Source: a virus
IMG/VR virus record: IMGVR_UViG_3300032053_000049
Location: 1 to 64,000 of that record
Length of the DNA stretch: 64,000 bases
Reading direction: 5' to 3' (one strand)
The position numbers were made by a program, and so were the translations under genes. The notes below the pieces were generated by a model, which did no database searches, had not been told where the DNA came from, and worked only from the letters and a program-made list of their open reading frames with translations. Shown one piece after another: positions 50,531 through 60,253 of this stretch (positions within the stretch are counted from its first letter, which is position 1; every line of letters starts with the position of its first letter).

Positions 50531-52492
50531 TCAAAGGCAACTACCGCGTATATCTTTTTCCGGATATTTGCATTCCCAGATACTCGGATCTATTGAGGGG
50601 TACACCATGTCATTTTGCGTAGCTGCTTGAATATCGTAGGAAATTGGTGAATAGTTATCCCCATTAGTAGTTAATGGAGTAAGATTTTTAATGATTAATG
50701 ATGCAACGGTTTGTACACCTTCTGTCTTAGCAATTTCTAATCTTAAACTACTCAAATTGATTGGTTGTGAGAATTCCCATTTATCGATATCAAAAAAGTT
50801 TTGAACTGCACCAATTGCATTTCCTAAAACTTCTTTTTTATTATATCCTTTATATACAGTGATGATAAATTCAACACCAATGTTTATAACATAACCATCA
50901 ATTATATTAATTCCATCTGTTAACATTCTATATTGTTTCAAGTATGTTAAAAGATTAGAAATTAAAGCATCATTTGTTGTAGTTAAATTTTTATTACTAT
51001 CATAAGTTAACACATATAAATTTATAGCAAATGGATTACTTCTATCGTAAGCAATCTTACGAAAATAATTCTGAGTATTATTATTGATAACAGTAGCAAC
51101 ATTATTTTGATCCACGGTTCCTACTAAAATTTGATTTTGATTTACATCCAAACTATTATAAGTAATTACTTGAGCTTTTGATACCGTTCCGTATTTTGGA
51201 GGCAATGAATATACTCTAGTTAAATAGTCATTTTGAGTGACAATTCGGTTTTGAGCAGCAAACATAGCAATAGCATTTTGCTTAATTTCTTCATTTTCTT
51301 CCGGACCTTTACCTCCTGTAGTGGCTTCTTCATTATTTACTCTCAACGAAGTTTTAACTGTATTTAATAAATTTACTTCTTCAGGAGCTAAACCTTCGGT
51401 AGTATTGTCAATCTCAACATTACCTATATTAATAACAGAATTAGAGGGTGAATTAGACTCCAAACCTCCTCCTATAGTATACGTTACTGTTAAAGTAGTA
51501 TTATTAGGAGCAAGACCATATGTATCATTTTTTAAAAAATTGGATGGATCAAGAGATAGATTAAGAGCAGTAAGATTAGTGAGTCCTACCCCCACCTTTT
51601 CAGAACTTAAATTAATAATTTCGTCAGCAAAACCATTAGTACCTCCTCCGAATTCTAAAAATGTTCTATTATTTTCATCTACATTTATTGTAAATCTACG
51701 AGAAGTTTTCAAATATTTTAAAATATAAGGCACAGATCCTTTATATTGAGAAAGAGATCCTTCAAAAGCATCGTTATTTGGAACCCCATATAACACATTT
51801 TCTTGTGCCAGAAAATCTACTTCGTACCACTTGTTATTATCGGAATCTGTCACACTTATGATCTCTATAACATTCTCTTCATCGAGATACAAATCTAAAA
51901 ATGATTGCATTTCTCCAACTACGAACTGTTTAGTAACAGTTTTTCCAGATCGAATATGTGCCGACTTTTGAAGTAAGAAATAAATAGGAACATTTGTATT
52001 ATCTCTTGAATACACGGTTTGTATAAGAGGAGATATTGCTGTATTTACAGAAAAATTTATTGGTTCTGATGTTAAAAATGATTGACCAGAATTATTTGTG
52101 ACCTGCATATTTTCTTTAATATTCAAACAAAATTTTGAATCTGGAACATAATTTCCATTGTCATCTGTAATAGATGGACAAAGTTGATATATGTTAATTT
52201 TACCGGTGGCTCCTCTAGTAGGTTTAACTTTGTAGTTTAAATATCTCGACAAAGAAATTATATTTTTTCTTTCCTGAGTATTAATAAATAAACTTTCTTT
52301 AAAAATATAATCTGTATAATATGATAAAACGTCTCCAACATAAGATGCCATATCTATAAACATAAGACCTGGTGATGCATCTGTGAAATCTTTATAAGTA
52401 TTTGGATAATAATACTTTGCGAAATTTATCAATCCATCTCTAAATGAAGCAAAATCTCTATTAAGATATCTTATATCTTTACTTTGAGGCAA
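50531..52492 (-). CDS. baseplate wedge subunit (T4 gp6-like); start uncertain (TTG 52492 or ATT 52519)
   Basis: YLNRDF...YKDFTDASPGLMFIDMASYVGDVLSYY, YTIGGGLESN, TTGG..PE, QNRIVTQNDY. Confidence 0.9.
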   Translation of the reverse strand: MPQSKDIRYLNRDFASFRDGLINFAKYYYPNTYKDFTDASPGLMFIDMASYVGDVLSYYTDYIFKESLFINTQERKNIISLSRYLNYKVKPTRGATGKINIYQLCPSITDDNGNYVPDSKFCLNIKENMQVTNNSGQSFLTSEPINFSVNTAISPLIQTVYSRDNTNVPIYFLLQKSAHIRSGKTVTKQFVVGEMQSFLDLYLDEENVIEIISVTDSDNNKWYEVDFLAQENVLYGVPNNDAFEGSLSQYKGSVPYILKYLKTSRRFTINVDENNRTFLEFGGGTNGFADEIINLSSEKVGVGLTNLTALNLSLDPSNFLKNDTYGLAPNNTTLTVTYTIGGGLESNSPSNSVINIGNVEIDNTTEGLAPEEVNLLNTVKTSLRVNNEEATTGGKGPEENEEIKQNAIAMFAAQNRIVTQNDYLTRVYSLPPKYGTVSKAQVITYNSLDVNQNQILVGTVDQNNVATVINNNTQNYFRKIAYDRSNPFAINLYVLTYDSNKNLTTTNDALISNLLTYLKQYRMLTDGINIIDGYVINIGVEFIITVYKGYNKKEVLGNAIGAVQNFFDIDKWEFSQPINLSSLRLEIAKTEGVQTVASLIIKNLTPLTTNGDNYSPISYDIQAATQNDMVYPSIDPSIWECKYPEKDIRGSCL

Positions 52493-52523
52493 AAATGATT
52501 TTTGGGTTGTAGAAGAAATAAAA

Positions 52524-52706
52524 TTACCCTTCCCTTTCTAAAATATTCTTACATTGTTTATTAACAACATCATATCTCCAAAACTTTTTTGGTTTTAAAA
52601 TGTTTATTATTTTTTCTTGTCTTACTAAATCTTTTTGTTTTTGTCTGTTATGATATTTTGAATCATATTCCAAAACAATATTTTTATTATATTTATCAGT
52701 CTCCAT
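52524..52706 (-). pseudogene. C-terminal remnant of a homing endonuclease
   Basis: LEYDSKYHN...KDLVRQEKIINILKPKKFWRYD is nearly identical to the C-terminus of 56729..57604 but lacks the N-terminal ~230 aa. Confidence 0.8.
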
Positions 52707-52708
52707 AT

Positions 52709-53122
52709 TTAATTATTTATAGTGATATTAATTGTATCCTGTTGTTTCGTCATATTCACTAAAAAAGTCACGGCTATATCTAATTTATAAATATCTTGAT
52801 CGTGACTTATTTCGTCGGATGTATATAATGTAGAAGTTACGTTTAATACGGTTACGTTTGGTATCCACATAGAAATATCTTCAGATATTATATTATTAGC
52901 TATATCTGATAGAGTATCTACGTTTTGTTCAAATGTTATATTCCATAATCGACACCCAAATGTTGGTTGGAATCTTCTCTCACCTTGTCTGGTATTTAAA
53001 AGATTAATAATGTTAGTTTTTGTTTGGGTGATTGTATCATACGATTGAGCAAAAAATCCATTATTTCCATTTTCAATGGGAATTGTTATACCAATAGGCT
53101 GTTGAGTTAATGTTATAGCCAT
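52709..53122 (-). CDS. baseplate wedge/sheath initiator (T4 gp25-like)
   Basis: NIINLLNTRQGERRFQPTFGCRL..ITFE, ISMWIPNV. Confidence 0.9.
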   Translation of the reverse strand: MAITLTQQPIGITIPIENGNNGFFAQSYDTITQTKTNIINLLNTRQGERRFQPTFGCRLWNITFEQNVDTLSDIANNIISEDISMWIPNVTVLNVTSTLYTSDEISHDQDIYKLDIAVTFLVNMTKQQDTINITINN

Positions 53123-53125
53123 AAA

Positions 53126-53725
53126 TTATCCAGACAATACAGTAGATGGATTAATAAGACCACCAGAACCATTTTTCTTTTGTTCATCGATTTTTCTTAA
53201 TACCGCTCTAAAATCTTTCTTAAATACACCTTTTAATACATCAGGAACAGCAGACGTTCCTAAAACTGATTGTTGTGGTGTTCCGGTCGTGGCTCCTTCA
53301 GAAACAATTTGTTTTAAAAATCCCATATTAGTTCCATCTGAAACTACTGGTTTTGGAAATTGTCGTTGTTCTTCATAAGCAACTTCATTTTCATCCCCCA
53401 CCTTATCAAATCCACCATCCAACAACTCAGCTAAACTTGTTCCTGAATTTGCTACTCTTTGTAAAGGTTTAAAATTTCTAGCTGTCTCAGCCAATACCGA
53501 ATTTAATCTAGGATTATTAGTATAAATTGGAGTTACTGTCGGTATAGATTCAACGTCTTCTGTTTGTTTAGATGGTTTTCGTGATTCTTTTAAAACCTCA
53601 ACCAGTATTTTCCCCATAGCCTTATTTATTTCAGAAGATACTTCTTCTCTGATCTGTTGACGAATCTTATTCATCTTTCTTTCTACCAATTTATCAATCA
53701 TTTTTATTAAATCTTGTGCTTTCAT
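53126..53725 (-). CDS. hypothetical protein
   Basis: 199 aa; KIRQQIREEV and LNSVLAETA motifs. Confidence 0.7.
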   Translation of the reverse strand: MKAQDLIKMIDKLVERKMNKIRQQIREEVSSEINKAMGKILVEVLKESRKPSKQTEDVESIPTVTPIYTNNPRLNSVLAETARNFKPLQRVANSGTSLAELLDGGFDKVGDENEVAYEEQRQFPKPVVSDGTNMGFLKQIVSEGATTGTPQQSVLGTSAVPDVLKGVFKKDFRAVLRKIDEQKKNGSGGLINPSTVLSG

Positions 53726-53727
53726 AA

Positions 53728-55353
53728 TTATCTTTTATCTTGACCTTTCCATCCTCCAGGGACACCAGTACCAGATAATACTCCTATACTTACAGGAGAA
53801 ACACCATCAGTAATGTTTCCACCATTTTTACCAGGAGCAAACCCTCCTCCGGTCGTAAATACTCTTCTACTCATTAAAATATCCAATTTATCTCTAAGAG
53901 TTTTAAGTGATTCGGCCTGTACTGTAACCTGAGTTTTATCAGCTTGAGGTCCACCAGTGGTCCCCCCCTGAGCATCAGGATGAGTATGAGTATACCAATG
54001 TGTGTGAGATAATAACCACTCACACAAATCATACAGCCAATTTACAGACGTTTGTCCCAATAAAATTGGTTCATCTGTCACATTATACTCTCCTAAATAA
54101 ATAGCCGGAGAATTTATGACAGTCTTGTTATTTGTGGTAATTACTATTTGGTTATGAGCATCAACAGTAAATTCGCCATCGGTTACAAATGCTATTCTTT
54201 TCTTAGCAAATTGAAACATTTCTGCACTTTTGGCCGAAATTACAATTCTATCACTATTCATAACAATTTGATCACCAATAGCAGGACTTGGATATATAAA
54301 AAAAGTAGATCCTCTAGGCTGAAATGATGGTTGTTCTTCCCCAGTTCCCCACATTTTTTTATAACAAGTAGTCAAAAAAAGACTTGGTGTAACTCCAGAA
54401 GTCATATGAATAGAAGATCCATCATTATTTATATCTTCTATCATATATCCGCCTACGTTCTTCTCATCAGCATTATCCGTCAATGGTCTTTGACGATTTC
54501 GTATTAGAACCATAGGATTTCCTCCGCCGGCTTCCTGCATTTTTCCGTTTAAATCTGTATATTTATTTCCAATTCCTTTGTAATCCGTATATCCTCCAAA
54601 AACGGAATTATAACCTTTATCATTTTTTCTATCATCATCATACGCCCCAAATCTAATAGATTGACCGAATCTACTTTCTATAACCAAATCTCCCTCACGA
54701 TGTTTTAAAGAACGAATATTTTTATTAAATAAAAAATATCTTCCCAATACTCCTTGATATCCTTGGTTACCCTGTTTAGTGAATTTTGATTGTGGACCTA
54801 TATATGATTGAAGAGAAACGTTTGGATTGGAATCTAATATTAATTCTCTATTTCCTTGAATTGGCGATAATCTATTAGCAGAAAATCCTCCAATAGATTG
54901 TTCTATAGAAAAATCGGCATTAACATTTGGAAGATTAAACATATTAATCTTTCTAGTATAATAATATTTCCCCAAATATTGAATTATACCGACAATCTCA
55001 TTTAATAATGGATATTCTAAAATATTAGATTCTAATGGATAAGCCCATATTAAATCTTCCTTTTCGGACATTTGTTGACTATAATATAATCTAACTAAAG
55101 CCCTACCAACCCAAGTATAATCTAAATCTTTTGATTTTGCTAAATTTCCGTTTTTATCAGGAGGCCATTGAGTAGGATTTAATGTATGTTGAGGAAATTC
55201 TTGAAAATACTTATGACTTTTATCTAAAATTATATCTAACACAACAGCAGGTTCCATTTCATAAAATTCTACTCTTTTTTGTGAAGGATTATTGAAGATA
55301 GTATTACTATCTAAATTTACAGATGCATTTTTTGGAGTATTCCAGTAAGGCAT
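53728..55353 (-). CDS. baseplate hub/central spike protein (gp5/gpV-like)
   Basis: AYPL...YPLLNEIV OB-fold-like region, EGDLVIESRFGQSIRFG, beta-helix repeats, IYLG...PILLG, metal-binding tip HTHWYTHTH. Confidence 0.72.
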   Translation of the reverse strand: MPYWNTPKNASVNLDSNTIFNNPSQKRVEFYEMEPAVVLDIILDKSHKYFQEFPQHTLNPTQWPPDKNGNLAKSKDLDYTWVGRALVRLYYSQQMSEKEDLIWAYPLESNILEYPLLNEIVGIIQYLGKYYYTRKINMFNLPNVNADFSIEQSIGGFSANRLSPIQGNRELILDSNPNVSLQSYIGPQSKFTKQGNQGYQGVLGRYFLFNKNIRSLKHREGDLVIESRFGQSIRFGAYDDDRKNDKGYNSVFGGYTDYKGIGNKYTDLNGKMQEAGGGNPMVLIRNRQRPLTDNADEKNVGGYMIEDINNDGSSIHMTSGVTPSLFLTTCYKKMWGTGEEQPSFQPRGSTFFIYPSPAIGDQIVMNSDRIVISAKSAEMFQFAKKRIAFVTDGEFTVDAHNQIVITTNNKTVINSPAIYLGEYNVTDEPILLGQTSVNWLYDLCEWLLSHTHWYTHTHPDAQGGTTGGPQADKTQVTVQAESLKTLRDKLDILMSRRVFTTGGGFAPGKNGGNITDGVSPVSIGVLSGTGVPGGWKGQDKR

Positions 55354-55354
55354 A

Positions 55355-55723
55355 TTATTTCTTTTCTATTACTTGAATAACCGCATTATCAGATTTAGAA
55401 ATAGAATCTAATTCCATCATAATAGATTTTCTTTCTTCTTCTGACAGGCCTATCCCACCCCCGGCCCTAACTTCTTCTTCAACAACTATGAGTTTTTGAA
55501 TAATAGAGGCCAATCTAATTAAATGTTCATCATTAACATTAGCTGCATTAATATAATCTTTTATAAATGGAATAATAAGAGGAGCATCGTCTATTTTAGT
55601 ACACATCCTACGAAGGTCATTGATAAGTTGTTCGATTTGTTCTTTACGGTGCAATTGATTGCTGTAAATATCTTTACACAAAGACGAAAAACTTTTCCCA
55701 GGAAATAATTCAAAATCAGTCAT
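55355..55723 (-). CDS. hypothetical helical protein
   Basis: 122-aa ORF with TATTTATA 6 nt upstream. Confidence 0.7.
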   Translation of the reverse strand: MTDFELFPGKSFSSLCKDIYSNQLHRKEQIEQLINDLRRMCTKIDDAPLIIPFIKDYINAANVNDEHLIRLASIIQKLIVVEEEVRAGGGIGLSEEERKSIMMELDSISKSDNAVIQVIEKK

Positions 55724-55729
55724 ATAACC

Positions 55730-55737
55730 TATAAATA
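55730..55737 (-). promoter_or_regulatory. TATTTATA motif 6 nt upstream of ATG
   Basis: Direct read of the sequence. Confidence 0.6.
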
Positions 55738-55853
55738 GATAGGATTATATATTATTGTAAAGTAAATTCTTCCAACACTTGAAAGATATTGGGTTTCAAG
55801 AAAGTTTTTATACTTTCAAAGAGTCCATTCCGACCCACATTTTTCCATTATAT

Positions 55854-56732
55854 TCAAACATATGTTTTAATCGTGTGAAGATAATTATTTACATCAACAT
55901 TTCCATAATCTCTATATGAGATATATAAATTAGTTTGATATTGCTTCATTTTATTTATTACTTTCGTAATTTGTTGAGTATGACAATTAGAAATTTCACG
56001 TATCATCAAATAAAGGGCTTTTTTATTAAATACTTCTAGTCGATTTGATCCACGAAACAACTCTATAACTGCATTAGCTATATCAAGATCACGTTGCTTT
56101 GTAAAGATTTTACCAACATTATTTTCCCAAAATCTAACCATTAAATCCATAAATTCCATCATTTCAAATTCTTTATAATATTTATCTTCACTCTGAAGTT
56201 GAACGGTATGTTCATCTCTCTCCTCACTAATATCTACGTGTTGGTTAAATCTTTTATAGGTAGAATTATTTAAAGCAATAAGATAATGTTTAGCAATAAT
56301 AGAAAAATAACTGAATGCTTTTCCTTTACCCTTTTCAAATTTATGAATATTTGCAACAAGATGAGTGACCGTTTCTCTCTGAACTTCTAAAGGTCCTGTT
56401 TCGAAATAACTAAATTTAAAAGTATTGAATATACACTCAACAAGCTTCTCAAATGGATACTTTATCTTTTCATTATAAAGTTCTTCTCGTTTATTATGTT
56501 TTTCAGTTTTATTAAATTCAATAATTGCATCTTCTGTCATTTGAGAAAAATAATTTAAACCTTTAGTTTTTTTTCTCCTAGTTTTTCTTACTTTAACTGG
56601 AAACAAATCTAATTTAATAATCTCTGGTCTTTTTATTTGTTTTTTATTTATTTTTTTGAATTTTAAAATTTTTTTAATAATTTTCTTTTTATGACTATAT
56701 ATTTTTTTATTTTTTTTAATAATCTTTTTCAT
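55854..56732 (-). CDS. phage RNA polymerase sigma factor (T4 gp55-like late sigma)
   Basis: NYF...EDAII, FEKLVECI, IHKFEKGKGKAFSYFSIIAKHY resembles sigma region 2; Lys-rich N-terminal extension. Confidence 0.65.
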   Translation of the reverse strand: MKKIIKKNKKIYSHKKKIIKKILKFKKINKKQIKRPEIIKLDLFPVKVRKTRRKKTKGLNYFSQMTEDAIIEFNKTEKHNKREELYNEKIKYPFEKLVECIFNTFKFSYFETGPLEVQRETVTHLVANIHKFEKGKGKAFSYFSIIAKHYLIALNNSTYKRFNQHVDISEERDEHTVQLQSEDKYYKEFEMMEFMDLMVRFWENNVGKIFTKQRDLDIANAVIELFRGSNRLEVFNKKALYLMIREISNCHTQQITKVINKMKQYQTNLYISYRDYGNVDVNNYLHTIKTYV

Positions 56733-57604
56733 ATTTTATTGATAAAATTTTCCAAAACATTGTTCCACAATTTATTTACCGAATCATATCGCCAAAATTT
56801 CTTTGGTTTAAGAATATTAATTATTTTTTGTTGTCTAACCAAATCTTTTTTCTTTTGATATGAACAATTGTGATATTTAGAATCATATTCTAACGCCACA
56901 TTGTGTTCTTTATCATAACCATCCAAATATGCTAAAAAATCTATATTATTTGTGACCTGATAATTTATTTCAAAATTGAAACCTAACCGATTCCATTTTT
57001 CAATTAATTCCAACTGGCCACTATCCATTTTTGTTTTTAACCATGGCGTTTTGAACATAGATTCTATATATTTTTTTCTAATATCTGGTCTATGTAATGC
57101 CAATTTAATGCATTTAATTATATATTTTCTTTTTTGTGGATTTTTCCACATTTTTATAGATGACAAAGAAATTTCTTTTTTAGATTTGTCTGTATGCTTT
57201 TTTTTGCCTTTATTTTTTAATCCTATTTTACATTTCCATTCTGAAGATATAATTCTTCCCTGTAGTCTTTTTGATATCAATTTTCCAAACCACTTCGGTC
57301 GCTTATGATTTCTCCAAGGATGATTTTTATTTTTTCTAGCTGAAATAGAAAGTTTTTCTTTATGTTCATCAGTAAGTGGTCTTCCCTTTTGTGATTTAAT
57401 AATTTTTTCTATTGTAATTTTAGAATGATGCATGCCTATTCTTTTGCAAAAATGACAAGTTCTATTTTTTTTAATAGATTGAATTACATAATTTTTACCA
57501 CTTTTTGATTCTATTATATTTTTACATTTTGGACATTTTCTACACCAATTATTTAATTCGGTTTTCCAAATTAATCTTTTTTCTATTATTTCTTTTAAAA
57601 TCAT
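56729..57604 (-). CDS. free-standing homing endonuclease (NUMOD3 + Vsr-like)
   Basis: CPKC, CHFC, NUMOD3-like repeats, YLDGYDKEHNVALEYDSKYH; ATGA overlaps at both ends. Confidence 0.8.
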   Translation of the reverse strand: MILKEIIEKRLIWKTELNNWCRKCPKCKNIIESKSGKNYVIQSIKKNRTCHFCKRIGMHHSKITIEKIIKSQKGRPLTDEHKEKLSISARKNKNHPWRNHKRPKWFGKLISKRLQGRIISSEWKCKIGLKNKGKKKHTDKSKKEISLSSIKMWKNPQKRKYIIKCIKLALHRPDIRKKYIESMFKTPWLKTKMDSGQLELIEKWNRLGFNFEINYQVTNNIDFLAYLDGYDKEHNVALEYDSKYHNCSYQKKKDLVRQQKIINILKPKKFWRYDSVNKLWNNVLENFINKI

Positions 57605-57909
57605 TTTTCCTTTGAAATTTCTTCATCTTCTTGAGTTAGTTCGTTGAGTTCTTGAAGTATGTTCAATATCTCAGCAAATGACTGGCCAACCTCATCATCT
57701 TTAGAAAAGATATTCTTATCATCTAGTTGTTTCATTGAAACATAAGTGGTAAGAATTCTGTCTTTTATTTTGAGGATTGTATCTTGATACATTTGTTCGT
57801 ATGCGTCAGCTCTATTCATATGACGCATAGCAGCTATATACAAGAGAATATTGGCAATAAGTGATGCTATTGAGATCACTCCCAAAACTACGGTTATTGT
57901 TATAAGCAT
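57601..57909 (-). CDS. small membrane protein (single N-terminal TM helix)
   Basis: Hydrophobic residues 2-28; C-terminal FSKDDEVG. Confidence 0.7.
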   Translation of the reverse strand: MLITITVVLGVISIASLIANILLYIAAMRHMNRADAYEQMYQDTILKIKDRILTTYVSMKQLDDKNIFSKDDEVGQSFAEILNILQELNELTQEDEEISKEK

Positions 57910-57915
57910 ATACTA

Positions 57916-58053
57916 TTATTCTTCTTCAAGATAAGGATCGTCTTGAAACTCGATTATATATTCAACGGCTTCATTGACTGCATCCCAATCTTCTTCTTTA
58001 ATGGCATTGCTTAATAATTTTGCTAGATATTCGAAGTCTGATTGATTCATCAT
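57916..58053 (-). CDS. small acidic hypothetical protein (45 aa)
   Basis: Hand-translated MMNQSDFEYLAKLLSNAIKEEDWDAVNEAVEYIIEFQDDPYLEEE; fills the intergenic gap. Confidence 0.6.
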   Translation of the reverse strand: MMNQSDFEYLAKLLSNAIKEEDWDAVNEAVEYIIEFQDDPYLEEE

Positions 58054-58122
58054 CGAAATATATAGTATTAAAATTATTAAAATACCAATTTTATTTAATA
58101 ATAGTACATTTTATTTGATTTG

Positions 58123-58485
58123 TCAAGCATCAAGTTTGAAATATTTTTTAAAAAAATCATTTATATGTTCTTGATCTCTTACCTTATGACTGTGTAATTG
58201 ATTATCTGTACGAGCATCTGTTAAAACTTGAGGTTTTGGAATAGGATCAGTTTGAATTGCTGGTTCTTCTTGTTTGATTTCTTTTGAAGAATCAACTTCC
58301 TTTTCTACCACAGGTTCTATCGTAGTATTAGTTTGAATCTCTGGCGGATCTTGTTCGATTTCTTTTTCTATATTAGGTTGAACTTCCACATCATTTTCTG
58401 TGGAATCAATCATTGTTTCTATAGAATTAGATTGAATTGCTACAGGTATTGAATCGACGTTTTTAGAATATTCTATTCTTTTTTT
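58123..58485 (-). CDS. acidic ORF, probably the -1 frame extension of 58473..59309
   Basis: Frame is open from inside the A9 run (58485) to 58123; first ATG at 58413. Confidence 0.55.
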   Translation of the reverse strand, partial: KKRIEYSKNVDSIPVAIQSNSIETMIDSTENDVEVQPNIEKEIEQDPPEIQTNTTIEPVVEKEVDSSKEIKQEEPAIQTDPIPKPQVLTDARTDNQLHSHKVRDQEHINDFFKKYFKLDA

Positions 58486-59309
58486 TTAACTATCTCATCT
58501 GGAATGTCTATGATATCATCATATACATTCTCATCCTCTTTTTTATAAATAGCCACATTGTAAGCCGCCACATTATAAGCTAATATTAAACAAATAGAAA
58601 TTGGATCAAAAATAGTAACTATTGTTATAATAAACCATTTGGCTACAACATCTAATGTTACTCCTAAAGAATCAGCAACAAATTTAAAGATTTGTATATC
58701 TTTATGGGAACTAGCACCAATTTTTAATTGATTTATTTTATCATTAATTTTTTGTATTTGATCAATATCGGTCTGAATTTTTGTATTTTCTTCTTTTATA
58801 TTACTATCAGTATCCGACATTTGTTGTTGAACTTGTTTAAATTGAAGAGGATTTCGAAGAATAAATTCATTAGTTTGATTAGATTCTTGAGAAAATCTAA
58901 GTTTTATTAAAGTATCAATTCTTGTTTTTGATGATAGAATATTATCTTGATAAAAAACTTTCTGATTTTCTGTGGTTTTTATTTTTTCTTGTATAATTCC
59001 ATATTCTATAGATGTAGTTTGATATGCCTGAGAAAGAAATCCAAATATACCGGCTGACGTGATTCCCATTATTATGGATGTAAATATTATTAAAAGAGTT
59101 TTAAGATAAAATTTACATTTTTTCCAATAACGATAAAGAAATGTTACTGACATTATTTTAGAAAATTCTAAAGATCCAGCCATAATAGCCGCTGATATTA
59201 AAGAACCACTAAAAAGAGTCGATATACCTATTATACTAAAAAATGCTGAAATACTAGCAGCTAATAAAGCAGAAATTACCAATAATATACCAAAATTTAT
59301 TTTTATCAT
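58473..59309 (-). CDS. membrane protein (3 TM + coiled coil + TM)
   Basis: Hydrophobic N-terminus, MAGSLEFSK, MGITSAGIFGFLSQAY, coiled coil, WFIITIVTIFDPISICLILAYN. Confidence 0.8.
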   Translation of the reverse strand: MIKINFGILLVISALLAASISAFFSIIGISTLFSGSLISAAIMAGSLEFSKIMSVTFLYRYWKKCKFYLKTLLIIFTSIIMGITSAGIFGFLSQAYQTTSIEYGIIQEKIKTTENQKVFYQDNILSSKTRIDTLIKLRFSQESNQTNEFILRNPLQFKQVQQQMSDTDSNIKEENTKIQTDIDQIQKINDKINQLKIGASSHKDIQIFKFVADSLGVTLDVVAKWFIITIVTIFDPISICLILAYNVAAYNVAIYKKEDENVYDDIIDIPDEIVKKKE

Positions 59310-60253
59310 AATATATTATATTCTTGTATGAGTGGAACATTTTCATCTCCACATTTAAATTTATTCCAATCATTTTCCCAGATATATTTTACATTATATC
59401 CTAATCTATTTAAATTATAAAATCTAGAAAATGTATTATCATATAATTCTTTAAATGATTTTTTTAAAATGGTATTAGTTTTGTTAAAATCAAACTTTTT
59501 AGGATTTCCGTGCCAAAAATCTCCAAGAAATTCATAAATTGTATTTGTTTTTGGATCAAATCCATCTATGAAATAACCAAATACATTTTGTTGTCTATCA
59601 TTTTTATTTACATCAACATAATCTAAAAATTCATTTTCACCTTTTGAAGAAATAATATGTAATAATTTTTCATATCCACATTTTCTACATCCTCTTCCCA
59701 TTAAATGACTATTAGGAATTTGAAAAAATGATCCATGCTTAGAACATATAATTTCAATTTTTGTTTTATAATTAATATAATTTATTTTAGAATAATCATA
59801 TTTTAATCCATGTATTTCTTTTGATTTAATTAAAAAATCTTTAACAGTTAATTTTTTATTTTTACTACATATTGAACATCCATACCCAGATAAATGATCA
59901 CCGGGTCTTTGTAAAAATTCTCCATGAATTGGACAAATAATTTTTATTTTTATATTTCTATTAATATAATTTATTTTAGAATAATTAAATTTATTATTAT
60001 GAATTATTGATGCTTTTAAAATAAAATCTTGATCAGACTTTCTACATATATTTCCTATTTTTTCATTTTTACACTTAGGACACCCACTTCCTCGTAAATG
60101 ATGATTTGGTATTTGTAAAAATGATCCATGTTTTTTACATATTATTATCACTTTTTTATTAGAATATTCATAAATAATTTTAGAATAATTATATTTGTTA
60201 CCATGAATTTTTCTAGATTTTTTAATAAATTCTCTTTTGGTCAATCTTTTCAT
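59306..60253 (-). CDS. DUF723-repeat/Vsr-like homing endonuclease
   Basis: Start likely the ATG at 60253 (MKRLTKREF); 3 Zn repeats; IDGFDPKTNTIYEFLGDFWHGNP. Confidence 0.82.
   Translation of the reverse strand: MKRLTKREFIKKSRKIHGNKYNYSKIIYEYSNKKVIIICKKHGSFLQIPNHHLRGSGCPKCKNEKIGNICRKSDQDFILKASIIHNNKFNYSKINYINRNIKIKIICPIHGEFLQRPGDHLSGYGCSICSKNKKLTVKDFLIKSKEIHGLKYDYSKINYINYKTKIEIICSKHGSFFQIPNSHLMGRGCRKCGYEKLLHIISSKGENEFLDYVDVNKNDRQQNVFGYFIDGFDPKTNTIYEFLGDFWHGNPKKFDFNKTNTILKKSFKELYDNTFSRFYNLNRLGYNVKYIWENDWNKFKCGDENVPLIQEYNIL

Noticed and set aside
55355-55723. Terminase small subunit
   Set aside because: Size and helicity fit, but there is no recognisable motif and it is far from the large subunit.
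58420-58475. TAG read-through or stop-codon reassignment
   Set aside because: The same frame hits more TAG stops within 20 codons, and long genes translate cleanly with code 11.
59306-60253. Group I intron interrupting the membrane-protein gene
   Set aside because: The HEG abuts both flanking ORFs through ATGA overlaps, leaving no room for a ribozyme core, and the N-terminal segment is duplicated rather than cleanly split.
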